Shown: one piece after another, positions 33,678 to 45,684 of the stretch
Layout of the letters: each line of letters begins with the position of its first letter
How positions within the stretch are numbered: position 1 is the first letter of the stretch
NCBI GenBank assembly: GCA_019828565.1
Contig: JAHDYR010000062.1
Location: 731,666-795,665 of the forward strand
DNA from: Carpediemonas membranifera BICM
Taxonomy: Eukaryota > Protista > Fornicata
Reading direction: 5' to 3'
DNA: 64,000 nucleotides
Notes under the pieces: generated by a model
Databases searched by the model: none
What the model was told of the DNA's origin: nothing
What the model saw: the letters and a program-made list of their open reading frames with translations, nothing else
Made by a program: the position numbers and the translations under genes

Positions 33678-34970
33678 CTAGTCTCTCTTCTTACCGGCCC
33701 GCTTGACCCCGCGTCTCGCAGTGAGACGGTCCATCTCCTCAGCTTGACCTCCCTCCAGCATCCGTCGTTTGACATCAGCCATGGCCGCTGTGACCTTGGG
33801 TAGCAGCTCAATCACTTTCTCCTCATGCTCGGCGAGGGCCTTGCCCGCCAGAGCCTCGACAGGTCGACCAATCATTTCTTCAATCAAATCCATAACCTCG
33901 CGGTCCTGAGTTTTCAACAGTGTCACTGCCGTCCCGAGCATCCCGATGCGGGCAGTTCTGCCTACCCGGTGGATGTAGTCGCTTGCTCTTGAAGTCGGGG
34001 GGAGATCAAAGTTCACAACCATCGCCACGTTTGGAATATCCAGGCCTCTAGCGGCGACGTCTGTGGCCACCAGCACCTTGTTCTTGGCTGATCTGAAGGA
34101 GTTCAGGTTGGACGTCCTCGTCCGCTGAGGTAGATTCCCATGGAGCTGGGTGGCAGGGAACCCGAGCTCCCGGAGCACGCGGCAGACAGTCTCGACCTCA
34201 AGACAGCTGTTCGCGAACACTATGGCCTGCTTGTCGGCCTCAACTGGGTCTAGCAGGAGCTGCACGAGGTTCGCGTAGCGGGCATGGTGTCGTGCCATGT
34301 CAATCCTGCTGTGGCTCAGCGTGGAGGGCAGCTTGATCGACTCAGACCCGCTACAGTCACATACAGTCATGTCACTCTGCTTGGCGAGGTTCTCGAGCAG
34401 CTCGGTTTTGGTAGCTGTGAAAAAGTGCGTCTCGCGCTGATCCTTCGGCGGGAGATGATCCAGGATGGTATTGAAGTCCTCGCTGAAGTCGTCAGAGAGT
34501 AGTCTATCCGCCTCATCGAGGATAAGATAGCGACAGTGCTTGAAGCAGGTCGATATGTGGGGAGACTGAATCATCGAAGCCAGCCGACCAGGGGTGGCCA
34601 CGATAAAGTGGGGGCGCTTGTCGATCTCCCTGGACTGCTCGGTCATGTCTGTGCGACCGATGACTGTTGCTACGGAGACCTTGAAAGGGTAGCCGATGGC
34701 CGTGATGTGCTCCTCGATCTGGATGGCAAGCTCGCGTGTAGGCGTGAGGATAAGGCCGAAGATACCATATGGATCCTTCTGGAGCTCTGTGAGCATCGGG
34801 AGGGTGAAGGAAAGCGTCTTACCACTGCCGGTCTCCGCAATCCCGAGAACCCGCTTGCCTGAGAGCATCGCTGGAATGCATAGCTTCTGAATCTCAGTAG
34901 GGGATTCAATTCCCATGGCTTCGCATCGTCTAGCGAGCGCCTTCGCGACACCAAGCGTCTTAAAGTCCAT
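33678..34970 (-). CDS. DBP8: DEAD-box RNA helicase DBP8/DDX49
   Basis: AETGSGKT, LQKDPYGIFGLILTPTRELA, DEAD, ATDVAARGLDIP, YIHRVGRTAR. Confidence 0.9.
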   Translation of the reverse strand: MDFKTLGVAKALARRCEAMGIESPTEIQKLCIPAMLSGKRVLGIAETGSGKTLSFTLPMLTELQKDPYGIFGLILTPTRELAIQIEEHITAIGYPFKVSVATVIGRTDMTEQSREIDKRPHFIVATPGRLASMIQSPHISTCFKHCRYLILDEADRLLSDDFSEDFNTILDHLPPKDQRETHFFTATKTELLENLAKQSDMTVCDCSGSESIKLPSTLSHSRIDMARHHARYANLVQLLLDPVEADKQAIVFANSCLEVETVCRVLRELGFPATQLHGNLPQRTRTSNLNSFRSAKNKVLVATDVAARGLDIPNVAMVVNFDLPPTSRASDYIHRVGRTARIGMLGTAVTLLKTQDREVMDLIEEMIGRPVEALAGKALAEHEEKVIELLPKVTAAMADVKRRMLEGGQAEEMDRLTARRGVKRAGKKRD

Positions 34971-35103
34971 CGGCCATCAAATGATGATGTTCGAAGAGAC
35001 CTCAAGGGAGAATCGACTGACGCCCCTGATGACCAATACAGCGTGTTGCCGCGCTGACTCTTGCCAAACATCCCATCGCGCAGGATAGTCGATAATAGTA
35101 TTG

Positions 35104-38100
35104 ATGAGGAACCTAGTCCGATCCAGGACCACCGTACAGTGCTTCGACGGTACTATTGGTGGTATTCAAGACAAGGACTTGTCTATCCGCCACGTAGCAG
35201 TATCTGAGATCGACAACGAAGCTGGTTCGTACTTCCTTCCACGCTCACACAGTGTGTACCACTTCCAGCGGCTATCTGCACATAGAGCCGTTCTACAGCT
35301 GCGAGCATCGTACCTTTCGCCCCATCATTTCCCCGCTGCCTCTTTCCAACGCCGTATTCCACCAGGGCCTCTCATCCTTCCTCACCCTTGATGACAGTAT
35401 CACCTTCCACCGCCTCGATGACGCCAGCTTCAAGCCTTGGCTGAACCTCTCAGACGAGCTGACAGCGCACTTCGCCTCTGAGGGCTTACCCATCCAGGCT
35501 ACCGTCAAGGCCCTCGCCGTGGCCCCAGACACAGAGTCTATCGCCGCAGTAGTCTCACTCCAGCACTCTCGGGGCGACACTTCAGTCTGCCCGGTAGCGC
35601 TGCTTGTCTTTAGACAGAGCGGGGAGGGTCTCTTCTTCGACAAGCCCGCCTGGTGTGCCGTGGGGCACAACGGCAAGTCACTCTTCGAACCCAGCGTCCA
35701 GATCAGTGCCGCGTTCTCACCAGACTCCCGTATGGTCGCCATAGCCCTTGACGACCTTGTTCTGAACATCGAGGTAGCCTCAGACCCAGACCCATTGGCG
35801 ATGCCCAGCGAGACAACCCTACCGTTCAAAACAAAGACTAGGCAGGTAAGAGTGCGTCATGGTGCGTCTGCACCCCTCCCTAGAGGCCAGCAGACCACAG
35901 TCTCGTGGTCTCCGAGCGGTAGGTACATTGCAGCGCCCATGGCAACCTCGGCGATCACTAGCGCCGTCCACGACGCAGACGACAGCCTCAGCAGGCTGCA
36001 GGACAAGACGCTGCCGCCCCCAGACATGCCTGATCCCACTCATCCCGAGGGAGACCTCGGAATCGGTCTGCTCGAGAGACACCTCGTTGCTCACGCCAGA
36101 ATCCCACTGCAGAAACAGGGGACGATGGACCAGATTAGGGCCGTGAGATGGATAGATGACGGCCTGGCGATTGTCCATTTCTCGGGATTCGAAACAGATT
36201 TTATCCATATCTACACTAAGACCAACACGATCTGGCTGCTCAAGCATGTCATGCCCGTGCCGGCAAATGGCACTATACACACTGACGGACGGTCAAAGAT
36301 CGCTCATATCTCCCCGACCGCCATGCTACAGTTCACGGTCACACCCTCCCCGACCATCGTGCCCTCGCCCACCCGCGCCGCCCTCGTCATCGACGGTCCG
36401 ACTCTCAAAGTTACCATGCTGACCCGCGCGATAATCCCGCCGCCTTTCTGTGCGTTCGCTGTTGAAGTCGGGGGTCCGATTCAAATGGCGTGCGGTATGC
36501 CGCAATCTGGGGCTGAAATTGGATCAGATCACGTGGGACTGGTGTATCTTGACACGAATACACAGATTTACCACATAGCAGAGGTCACGGTCACGCCCAC
36601 TGGAGGAGATATCGCCCGCACATACACCCTGGGGCCCAGCCTGCCTGTGGGACTCACTGCCACATCTCACGGCTTCCTAGTCCTGACTCTAGCACGCGAT
36701 AGGCACCATCTGACACACTTTGTGAACGGCCAAGCGGTCGAGTACGCTGTGCCCAATGCTTTCCACCTAGCGACCAAGGGCATGGTCGACGAGCTCCGTG
36801 CATTCACCCCCGTAGCCCACGGGTCTACCCACGCCCTCGCCGTCTTCGGAAACGGCATTTATCAGTACTCTGTGCCCTCTGGTTGGTCTCCGCTTTCTGA
36901 CGCAACGGCTGTCGTGCCGGCAGACATGACAAACGTACACGTGACACAGCTCGATGTCCTTACATTTATTGTGACCGCGGTCTCGACAGTTCATATTTGG
37001 ACTCCGTCGACCTCTCTTGACTCTGCTTTAACTCTCGACCGAGTCTCCTCTTCTTGTCTCTCCGAAGACGGTCTGGCCCTCTTCGTGATTCAGGACAAGA
37101 CGCTCGCCATGGTTGACATTCAGACAAAATCAATCAAATGGTCACGACAGATCGAGCGGTCATGCCATCTTGTTACCACACTCAGCGATGCCATCATTGT
37201 CCAGCACTCCCGCGGCAACCTCGAGACTGTGTACGTGGCACTGCTCATCCAGACGAGGGCAGCGGCTATGGCACGGGACGGTCGGCTGGCCCTCGCTGCA
37301 TCCACCCTCCGTCGACACCGCCTCAGTATGGCTGCACTGCTGGACGGCGCCAACGCCACTGGAGCTCAGCTCGTGGCAGCACTGCCCACAGACCACCTAG
37401 TGAGGCTCGCGGCGGACGTAGCCGGCCATGCCCGCGGTCTTGCTGTGCTCGAGGATCTTCAGGAGGCCGCTCTTGCTGCTGGAAAGAACCCTGTCGCTAT
37501 TGAATGCGCCCTACAGCTCGGGAATACCGTGCTCGCTGTCGATCTTGCAACCGACGTTGCCAAGCTCGCAAGAAGAATCGACCCAGTCGAGGCTTACCGC
37601 GCTTGTATCCGGGTCGAGCGGCTCGACCTTGCAGTCAGGGTGGCCGAGGCCGCCGCATGGGATGCTGGACAGTACGGCCCCGCTATTGATGAGCTCAGGA
37701 ATTTGAAAGAATCAAAATCCGCAGTTTATGACGCCCGGATGAAGATGATCGTCGGGGACTGGAATGACGCCGTGGACGCCTGGATCGCGGTGCCGTGGGA
37801 CGACCAGTATATCTCTATGATTGAGGAGAGCCTCCTCAAGTCGACGCGGGTGTTTTCCGGCATCAAATCATTCTCCGGATATCCGGAACTGGTCAAGCGG
37901 GTTGTGGACGCTGCCCTCGCCCGAGGCGGCCTGGCTGAAGCGGAGACCGCGGCCCTGTTGGTTCTTGCCGGTCTGCCAGTCGAAGCGCTGCCATATCTTG
38001 TCAGATCTGGTCAATATTACGATATCGTCGGAATCTCTGAGATCGCCAAGGTTGATCCGACTCAGCAACTCAAGAAGTGCCTCCGGATCCTTATCAACAG

Positions 38101-38608
38101 TGGCAGGGCCGTCGAAGCAGCCGAGTGCTCGCGTCTAATCCTCCTCAGATCGTATCAGAAGACGCAGATACCGGATTCTGCCGCAATCACGGATACAGTG
38201 AATCTGTATCTGTCAGCTGGACTCTGTCACCGTTTGTCAGCCGATGTGGTCGAGCCGTTCGGGCCTGTCCACTCCGCTCGGATTGATTTGGAGGTCATCC
38301 GGCCTCTGGTTGTCACATATGCTGACTCAATGATCTCTAATATCGAGAAGAAGATCGCTGGATTCGATACGATCTTGTCGAATCTGATTTCGTCTCGGAG
38401 AGCCCTGGAGGAGAACACGAACCCCAAGCGTGTCGTCAAGCTCCGTAAGACGCTCAGAGCTGCGGAAGACGGCTTCGAGAGGATCCGCGTGTTATCCCGC
38501 GATGACGGGTTGTGGCTGCGACTTGTCGCCATCGGTGAGACCGAGATTGCGGCCTCTCTGCAGCGGGCACGGGCATCGCTCGAGGCTTTGTTGAGTCGAG
38601 CGGATTGA
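35104..38608 (+). CDS. ELP1: Elongator subunit 1 (IKI3); 28-nt intron 35225-35252
   Basis: MRNL start, VSWSPSG, IYTKTNTIWLLK, IIPPPFC, RQIERS, QHSRGNLETV. Confidence 0.8.
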
Positions 38609-38713
38609 ACTGAACTGATAAAATACTAGATCAGACGGCTCCGACGATCGGCTGATCGATGAGTGCAGTTTATGCTCATTTCGCAGATTAAGGTCATGGA
38701 AATCTAGAAAATT

Positions 38714-38787
38714 TGATTCTTCCCGGGCTCGAACCGGGGATCTCCTGTCTGTCAAACAGGCGTCATAACCGACTAGACCAAAGAATC
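38714..38787 (-). tRNA. tRNA-Val(GAC)
   Basis: Cloverleaf: acceptor GATTCTT/AAGAATC+A; anticodon arm CCTGT-TTGACAG-ACAGG; T-arm CCCGG-TTCGAGC-CCGGG. Confidence 0.93.
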
Positions 38788-39592
38788 GTGAAAGTTCGGA
38801 TTTTGCGTTTTTTTGTTGTTGTCAAACATTTTTGATCCGAAATATCGGGGGAAGAGGTTTAAGACTGCGACACATAGTTCAAATATCCTATAACCTATAT
38901 AGCTCGGAGAATAACGCGCTCAGAATCGCTTGGTAGCCTTGAAAATATGATTTCCAGACATTACTATGCTTCACAACCTGTGCGCTTATCGCTGACATTA
39001 GGGCGTGTGAGAGTTCAGCAGTCACCTCGAAATCCGCATTGTCTCTGATACAAATTGTGTCGATGTCGAATGGCGGCCAGACCGCTTCAGCTCATCCAAT
39101 CACTATCTTCATGGCATGAACTCACTCACTCGTCTCTGGTAACAATGCCTGTGAGGTGGACAGTAGATTCCGAATTCATAACCCAATATGGCCAGACAAC
39201 CACGTTGAAAGCTTTAATCGGTTTCCGTGCACATTCACGGGGCGACTCAAACCCCAGTTTCTATTCTCGTCTGACGTTTTGCAATCCCGCACTTGATGAG
39301 TAAGCGTCGCAGCCAGCCACATCTACCGTGTAGCACTATTGCTGCGGTCTGTGTCATTGAGATCCTGACTATTACCGTATCTCGCGGAGTCCGTATCAAC
39401 CATCACGTGACCCACATGTTGTACACCCTTTTGCGTTGTTCTACACATGGTGATCATGCATTGCAGGACGTGACGCTGACATATTCAATTGAATTGATTT
39501 CCCATCACAAATCCACCGAGTCTCAAAAAATCTGTAACAGAAGGAGCAAAATCGCATGACCAAACTTCAACACATGATTTACGTCATTTACG

Positions 39593-42500
39593 TTACTCGC
39601 GGATTCTGACCCGCACCGCCGGGACGTCGACGTCCTCGTAAGTGTCGGGGTTCGAGCACGAAAGCACGAGCGGCACGAACTTCTGCTCTGCATGCACTGC
39701 GAGTCCGCCCACCGTCGTCACGAGCCCTGACACCTTGGCACCAAGCCTCTCGCTCTTCTTCTCCTCGCCCCAGAAGTCCATGTATAGCATCGCACGGCCA
39801 GCGCTGACCATGTCGACGCTGAGGCCAAATGTCGTCTTCATGTACTCAACAACTTCACCGAGCGTCGGGTCGACCTGGGGAGGCTCAATAAAGTCCCAAA
39901 GTGTGACCTTGCGGTCCATGAAATCCGCAGTTTTCGCCTCACCAGGCTCGGAGAGCGCGAAGAGAGGCAATGCGAGGTTGATGAAAGCGTTCTTGTAGCA
40001 TTCGATAGCCTTCTTCTGGGCCACAAGCTTGTAAAGCTCGATGGACGTGAGACCAGCGATGAGAGCGGTAGTTGTAATCATCGCAGGGATGATCTTACCC
40101 GCAATACGCTTGACCTCAGCACGCGACACAGTGGGAATCTGGTAGTTGGCAGCCCGAAGATTGGCGGTGGCGGCGATGAAGTCAATGTGGTGGTTGGAGT
40201 CATCATCCTTCTCGAACTCGAGGGGAGTGACGCTAAGGCTGGCGACGGCCTCAGCGCTGACGCCCGTGGTGTCAACGGGTCCGGTGCTGTCGTCTTCTTC
40301 GTCCTCCTCGACGGCGATGCGGACTGAGGATGAGGGTACGAACACGGGCGTCTTGATCTCGCGAGCAAGGGCAAGAACATCCTCGCGGGAGGTGCGACCG
40401 TCGACACCGAACGCAGTGGCGAGTAGAACCGCGGTGGCGTAGACGAAGTCAGCGTGGAGGGTGTTGTCTGGATCAAACGGCGTCGGGGTGGGTGGCCGCT
40501 TCGTGCCAGACCAGAAGGGGAGGCCGTCAGACGTCTTTGCGTCCTCGGGGAAATTGAACAAAAGCTGCCGGATCTTGTGGTCGAAATGCTGGTCAAACTC
40601 GGCTCTGGCCATGGCCACGCAGGCCTTGACGTCCTTGGGAGGGTTACGGGCGAGCTCTACGACGACTGCCTTCACCTCATGCGACACATCCTCTGCAATA
40701 ACTCCACTCTCCTTAAACTGCACCAAAGTTTCGAGACTACGAGAGAAAGTGCCTTCAAACTTGTCCCGAGCCCACGTGATGCAGTGGTCGATGACGTTGG
40801 GGAAGTTGTGGAGTGTGCACGAGGGGATAGACTTCTCGGGCGGGTCCTGTGTTGAGCCGTAGCTTTCGGTGAGGTTGGGTACAATCACCTGAACGTTACC
40901 CTTCGTGCCAAGGGTGCCGGACTCCAGCAGGGGAAGGCCGTAGAAGACGCAGCGGGAGTCCACGTAGCGGCGGGTGGGGACGTTGTCGAGAGCGTTGCAG
41001 ACACCGGTGAGGTTGTCGAAGAACGCGTCTGAGAAGACGTCCTCCGTCTCGACGTCGATCTTGGCCACGAGAGGGCGCACTATCATATCAGGGTTCATTG
41101 CTTGAGCTGCGCGGGCGGCCACCTCGGACTTGGGCTGGCCGATATCCGTGTCCCGGAAGAGGAACTGTCTAGAAAGATTCGACCGCTCGATCGAATCCAT
41201 ATCAGTGACTGTGATCTGCCCAGCGGCGCCGAGGCCCATCATGGCGAAGTTCTTGAGATACTCACAGCCAAGAGCACCTGCTCCAACAAGGAAATAGCGC
41301 TGTGCGGCGAGAGAGCGCTGGAACTCATGGCCGAAGACAGCAGCCTGAGCGTCATACCGCGTTCCAGCGGGGGCGGTGTCGACGGGAATGGCCTCGGGGA
41401 GGGCCTCGAAGGCGTCGAAGTACAGGAATTGACGGAGAGGCGAGTACTTGTGGGAGACGGCCTTGAGCACTTCCTGGGTGGCAATGCCAGCGATAACAGC
41501 GCACACGGGGGCTAGGGCGCCGCGGCAAGTGGCCGTGAAGGCGCGGAGCACGGGCTCGAAAGTGGCGGCGGCGGGGGCGTCAGAGATGGCCTGGGCGTGC
41601 TGGTCAACGAGCTGGCGCATGGCCTCAAGGTCTGCGTCAGTTCCATCGGGGTAGCGGCCGCGGGCAGTCAGGAAGGTGTCGAGGGCGAGGTGGCAGAGAT
41701 GGAGCTCCATAGGACGAGTGAACTTGGCGAAATCCGTATCGACAAACTGCGGGGCGATTATGGCCTCTGTCAGAGGCTTGAATGCCACCGTCTCCTGGCG
41801 CTTCACCTGAGTGATGTAGCCGCCGCGGATGTACTTGGGCTCGTTGGTGAAGTCTTCGTTCGGAAGGGTGAACGAGTATGGGGTCTCCATCTTGATAGCG
41901 CGGGGCACGCCATCGTTCAGTGAAGGGATGCCGTGCACATCGCTGAAGATGACCTGGTCGCCGTCAGAGAGGTCCAGGCGCTCAGTATCGTTGCATACGA
42001 CAGTAGGGTTGGCTGTGTTGCCGACGAACGTAACGACACCGGTGACGGGGTCCTCGCCGTCGGTGTCTGTAACAAGGTGGGCGTCGCCGAAGTCTGCGAA
42101 GACGCGGCCGGCTAGACCAGCAGTGGTTGCAAGGATAAAGGCGGCACCCACGGCTCTGGCCATTGCAGAGAGGGAATGGGCGTCCTCAGAGGACATCGTG
42201 GAAACAACGACGTCAAAGAGGCCGAGGAAGTCGTGATCGACCGCACCCTTGTGGCATGAGACGGAGACATGGCTGTTCAGTGCAGCGAGGGCAGGCATGG
42301 AGACCTCCGCGCGGTTCTGGCCAATGTGGGCCTCGGTCGCATAGTAGTGGGTGCCGAGATCCATCATGGTGATGTTTTCGTTGTCGTGGAGCACCACAGC
42401 GCCTACACCACTGAGGATAAGGTTCTTGGCGAGCTCACATGCAAGGCCCGACATTCCAAGGATGAGAACCTTGGATTGAGACATTTTCTGCATCGCTTCA

Positions 42501-42594
42501 GCTCCAAGGACGTAGAGCTGTCTGCTATAGAGTCCTGTGTTACTAAAATATGGATTGAAGTGTTCTTACCTTCATCAATCTGTGCGTCAGCCAT
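39593..42594 (-). CDS. UBA1: Ubiquitin-activating enzyme E1; 35-nt intron 42535-42569
   Basis: IDE|GLYSRQLYVLG, VGAGALGCE, SNLSRQFLF, catalytic PSCTLHNFP, FEKDDDSNHH. Confidence 0.97.
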
Positions 42595-42882
42595 ATCGAT
42601 TGACTTCGTGTCGTGGGAATGGGCTTAAAACTGCACCGCCGTGAGATTATTGCCGAGGGCCGGGGGGACTTGAGTACACTACTGCGGGTGTACAGTCACC
42701 GATGGCTGAGCGACCGCGTCTCCCGGGCTTCGGCTCTTTCTTACTTGCGGGCTTAATACGCCATCAAATTCATATTCAGGTGATCTTTGCTGCTTCGGCG
42801 GCTGAGCACCACCCCAATTGTATCGGAGGTGGCTGTGGCTCCGCCATGGCCACCGCACTTTAATACACAGCGACCGGAGATA

Positions 42883-45604
42883 ATGCAGTCTGAACGACGC
42901 AATGAGGATGTTTTCAGGTCGTTTGACCTGATGGATCTTTCTGATTCCCTACTGAAAGGCATTTATCGTTGTGGTTATCGTGAACCAAGTGTTATTCAGC
43001 AGAAGGCGATCGCTCCCATCATTAAGGGGAAGGACGTCATCGCACAGGCTCAAACAGGTACCGGTAAGGTTTGTTATTGCCTATAATCTTATCCAGACAG
43101 CAGCTTTCGGCATATCAGCCCTCCAGCGCATCAACACCAACTCCCCGAAGCTTCAAGCCCTCATCCTGAGTCCAACACGCGAGCTCGCGACCCAGACCAC
43201 CGACGCTTTAGCCATGCTCGGCCAGTTCATGGGTGTCCGCATCGCCACATGCATTGGCGGCTCCAAGGTCTCCGAAGACGAGCGCGCGCTCCATGCCAAC
43301 CCACACATCGTCTCAGGCACACCCGGCCGCGTGCTAGACCTCGTTGGCCGTGGTACCATCAACCTCAGTGACATTGAAATGCTTATCATCGACGAGGCCG
43401 ATGAACTCTTTGATCGAGACTTCCTCAAGGACGTCACGGCCGTCTTAGCCCAACGCGGAGTGAGGACACAAACGGTGTTGTTTTGTGCCACGTTCCCACC
43501 CGAGATCAAGAAGCTTACCGAGCTGATCGAGCATCCCGTCCGTATCACCAACGAGGAGCAGTTGACGAGCTCCAATCTCGAGAATTATCGGGTCCATGCT
43601 GGCGAACACAAGCTAGATACCGTTCTCGACCTCTACCACCGCATGACGATCTCCCAGGCGGTGATTTTCTGCAACACGAAGGGCACTGTCATTGAACTCG
43701 CCACTGCACTCTCGCGCCATGGCTGCCCCACAGCGCAGATGCACTCTGGCCACAAGCAGGCGGATAGAGACAATGCCATGGATGAATTCAGGTCTGGTCG
43801 CAAGCGGACGTTGGTGTGTACCGATATTTGGGCAAGAGGTATCGATGTCCCGCAGGTTAACGTCGTCATCAACTTCGACGTGCCGAATGACAACGATACG
43901 TTTGTACACAGGATTGGTAGAGCCGGTAGGTTTGGCCGTAGAGGCACTTCTATCACTCTGGCGACTGACGGCGACGTTCTCAACCTGGAAGAGGCTGAGG
44001 CTCACTTCGGTTTGACTATTAAGGACTTACACCAAGATCAGATCGATCATGGCGTTGCAAGGACCGCGGAGAAGGCCGTGAAGGGCATCCTCAACTTCTT
44101 GACCGAGGCAACACTCGTCAAGACGGCCAACCAGCTCGACATGCTTACCCACCCTGTTGTCGAGGTCGACCTGGCGTTAGTCGACTCGTTCAACGCGAGT
44201 GTGCACCAGACACACCTCCCCCCTTTCCTCCTCCAGGCAGTTGCAGGCATTGTACGCCTGCTGTGCGTTGCTCGAGAGAACCTGGCGCTTGCATACAGGG
44301 TGACAGAGATGGTCGCCAGACTCATCGCTAAGCATATCACAGCAGCAGACGCAGTGAGCAGCCGCATCGTCGGCCATGCCAGCGTCCTCCTCGCGCATCT
44401 CTACGTCCACAAGGTCGCCTCTGTCGTCGTCGTCCGGGACGTTGTCGACCTCATCCTCGACAACTGGTCCGACAACGCCTTGTGGAACGTGATGCAGATC
44501 ATGGAACTCACAATGTCGGCTATGCGACACGACAGCAAGACCACACTTGACCAGATCGTATCAAGGATCAAGCAAAAGGCCGGAACGGTTACCCAACCCT
44601 CACGTCGAGCCCGTATTTACGTAGAAACCATCGCTGAGCTCCACAGCGAGAGGAGCAAGCCCCCAGCAGTCCTACCGGGTGAGCTATCTCACGTTCCGAA
44701 GGCAGTGACGCTCAAGGACTATCAAAGGGCAGAGAAGTTCGGCCGCTGGTGGCTGGGCGCGTCCGAGGTGGCCGAAGTCCGCCGCGAGAAGGGGTTGTCC
44801 GAGCACCAGCGGCACCTTGAGTATGCAGGGCAGCTCGGCATGAACACAGAGGCCAGGAAGCTCCTCGTAGCGGGCCTGTTGAATATACACTGGCAGGTGA
44901 TGGGCCCTACGAGGCACGGGAGCGAGCTGCTCAAGATCGCGGGTAAGAATCAGGAGGATCTTCCAATCGCCATCGCCGCGTGTGCAGAACACGACCCAAA
45001 CCCTACCGCTTTCTACGCCCGGCTAGCTGTCGAGACAGCCAAGTCCGAGCTTACTGGGGCGTCCAAGCGCTGGGCGAGGGTCTGGAGCGATGCGTTCACT
45101 CGGGACGGGGAGAAACTCGCGGGGCTCAAGGACAAGGAGGTGGTGAGACTCGCCATCGTCTATGCTGGTCTCATTGCTGCAGACATCATGCCCCTGCACA
45201 AGCTCGGTCTCGTCATGGGCGACCACCATCTCGGTGGTAAGCACGGGAAGCGCATGGATTTATTCGCCAGATCCTTGCTCGTGAGGCTGCTTGGCTCGGC
45301 GGGAGTGGCGCCAGTCGCAGTCATGGTGACTGGGCGATCGGTGAAAGCTGTCACCAAGGAGGGGCGGGCAAGGGCGATTGATAGAGTCGCTGGGAACCTT
45401 TCAGATCTGAGACGAAAACTTGACGGCGAGGAGAAGAAGGAGAAGGATAAGATCCGCAAGATCTGTGATATGACTCTTGTCGACTTCGATACAGTCAGCG
45501 CTAATGTCCACAAGGCCCATGCAGTAATCGTCAAGGAGACGAGGACGGTGGTGAAATCCATGGCCGATCGGAAGCGGGTCAAGGCGGAGCTGAGGCTCGG
45601 CTGA
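42883..45604 (+). CDS. eIF4AIII/Fal1-like DEAD-box helicase fused to NOM1/Sgd1-like MIF4G-MA3 domains; 28-nt intron 43069-43096
   Basis: AQTGTGK|[41 protein letters not shown]. Without a stop it continues into [10 protein letters not shown] (MIF4G), GRWWLGA and [12 protein letters not shown] (MA3). Confidence 0.85.
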
Positions 45605-45684
45605 CGGCGATAAATTTACTCGGTTGCTGAAGAGATTACTCATGCGCATTTGTACAGAATCGGGATAATTCCTTTACATTAGGT

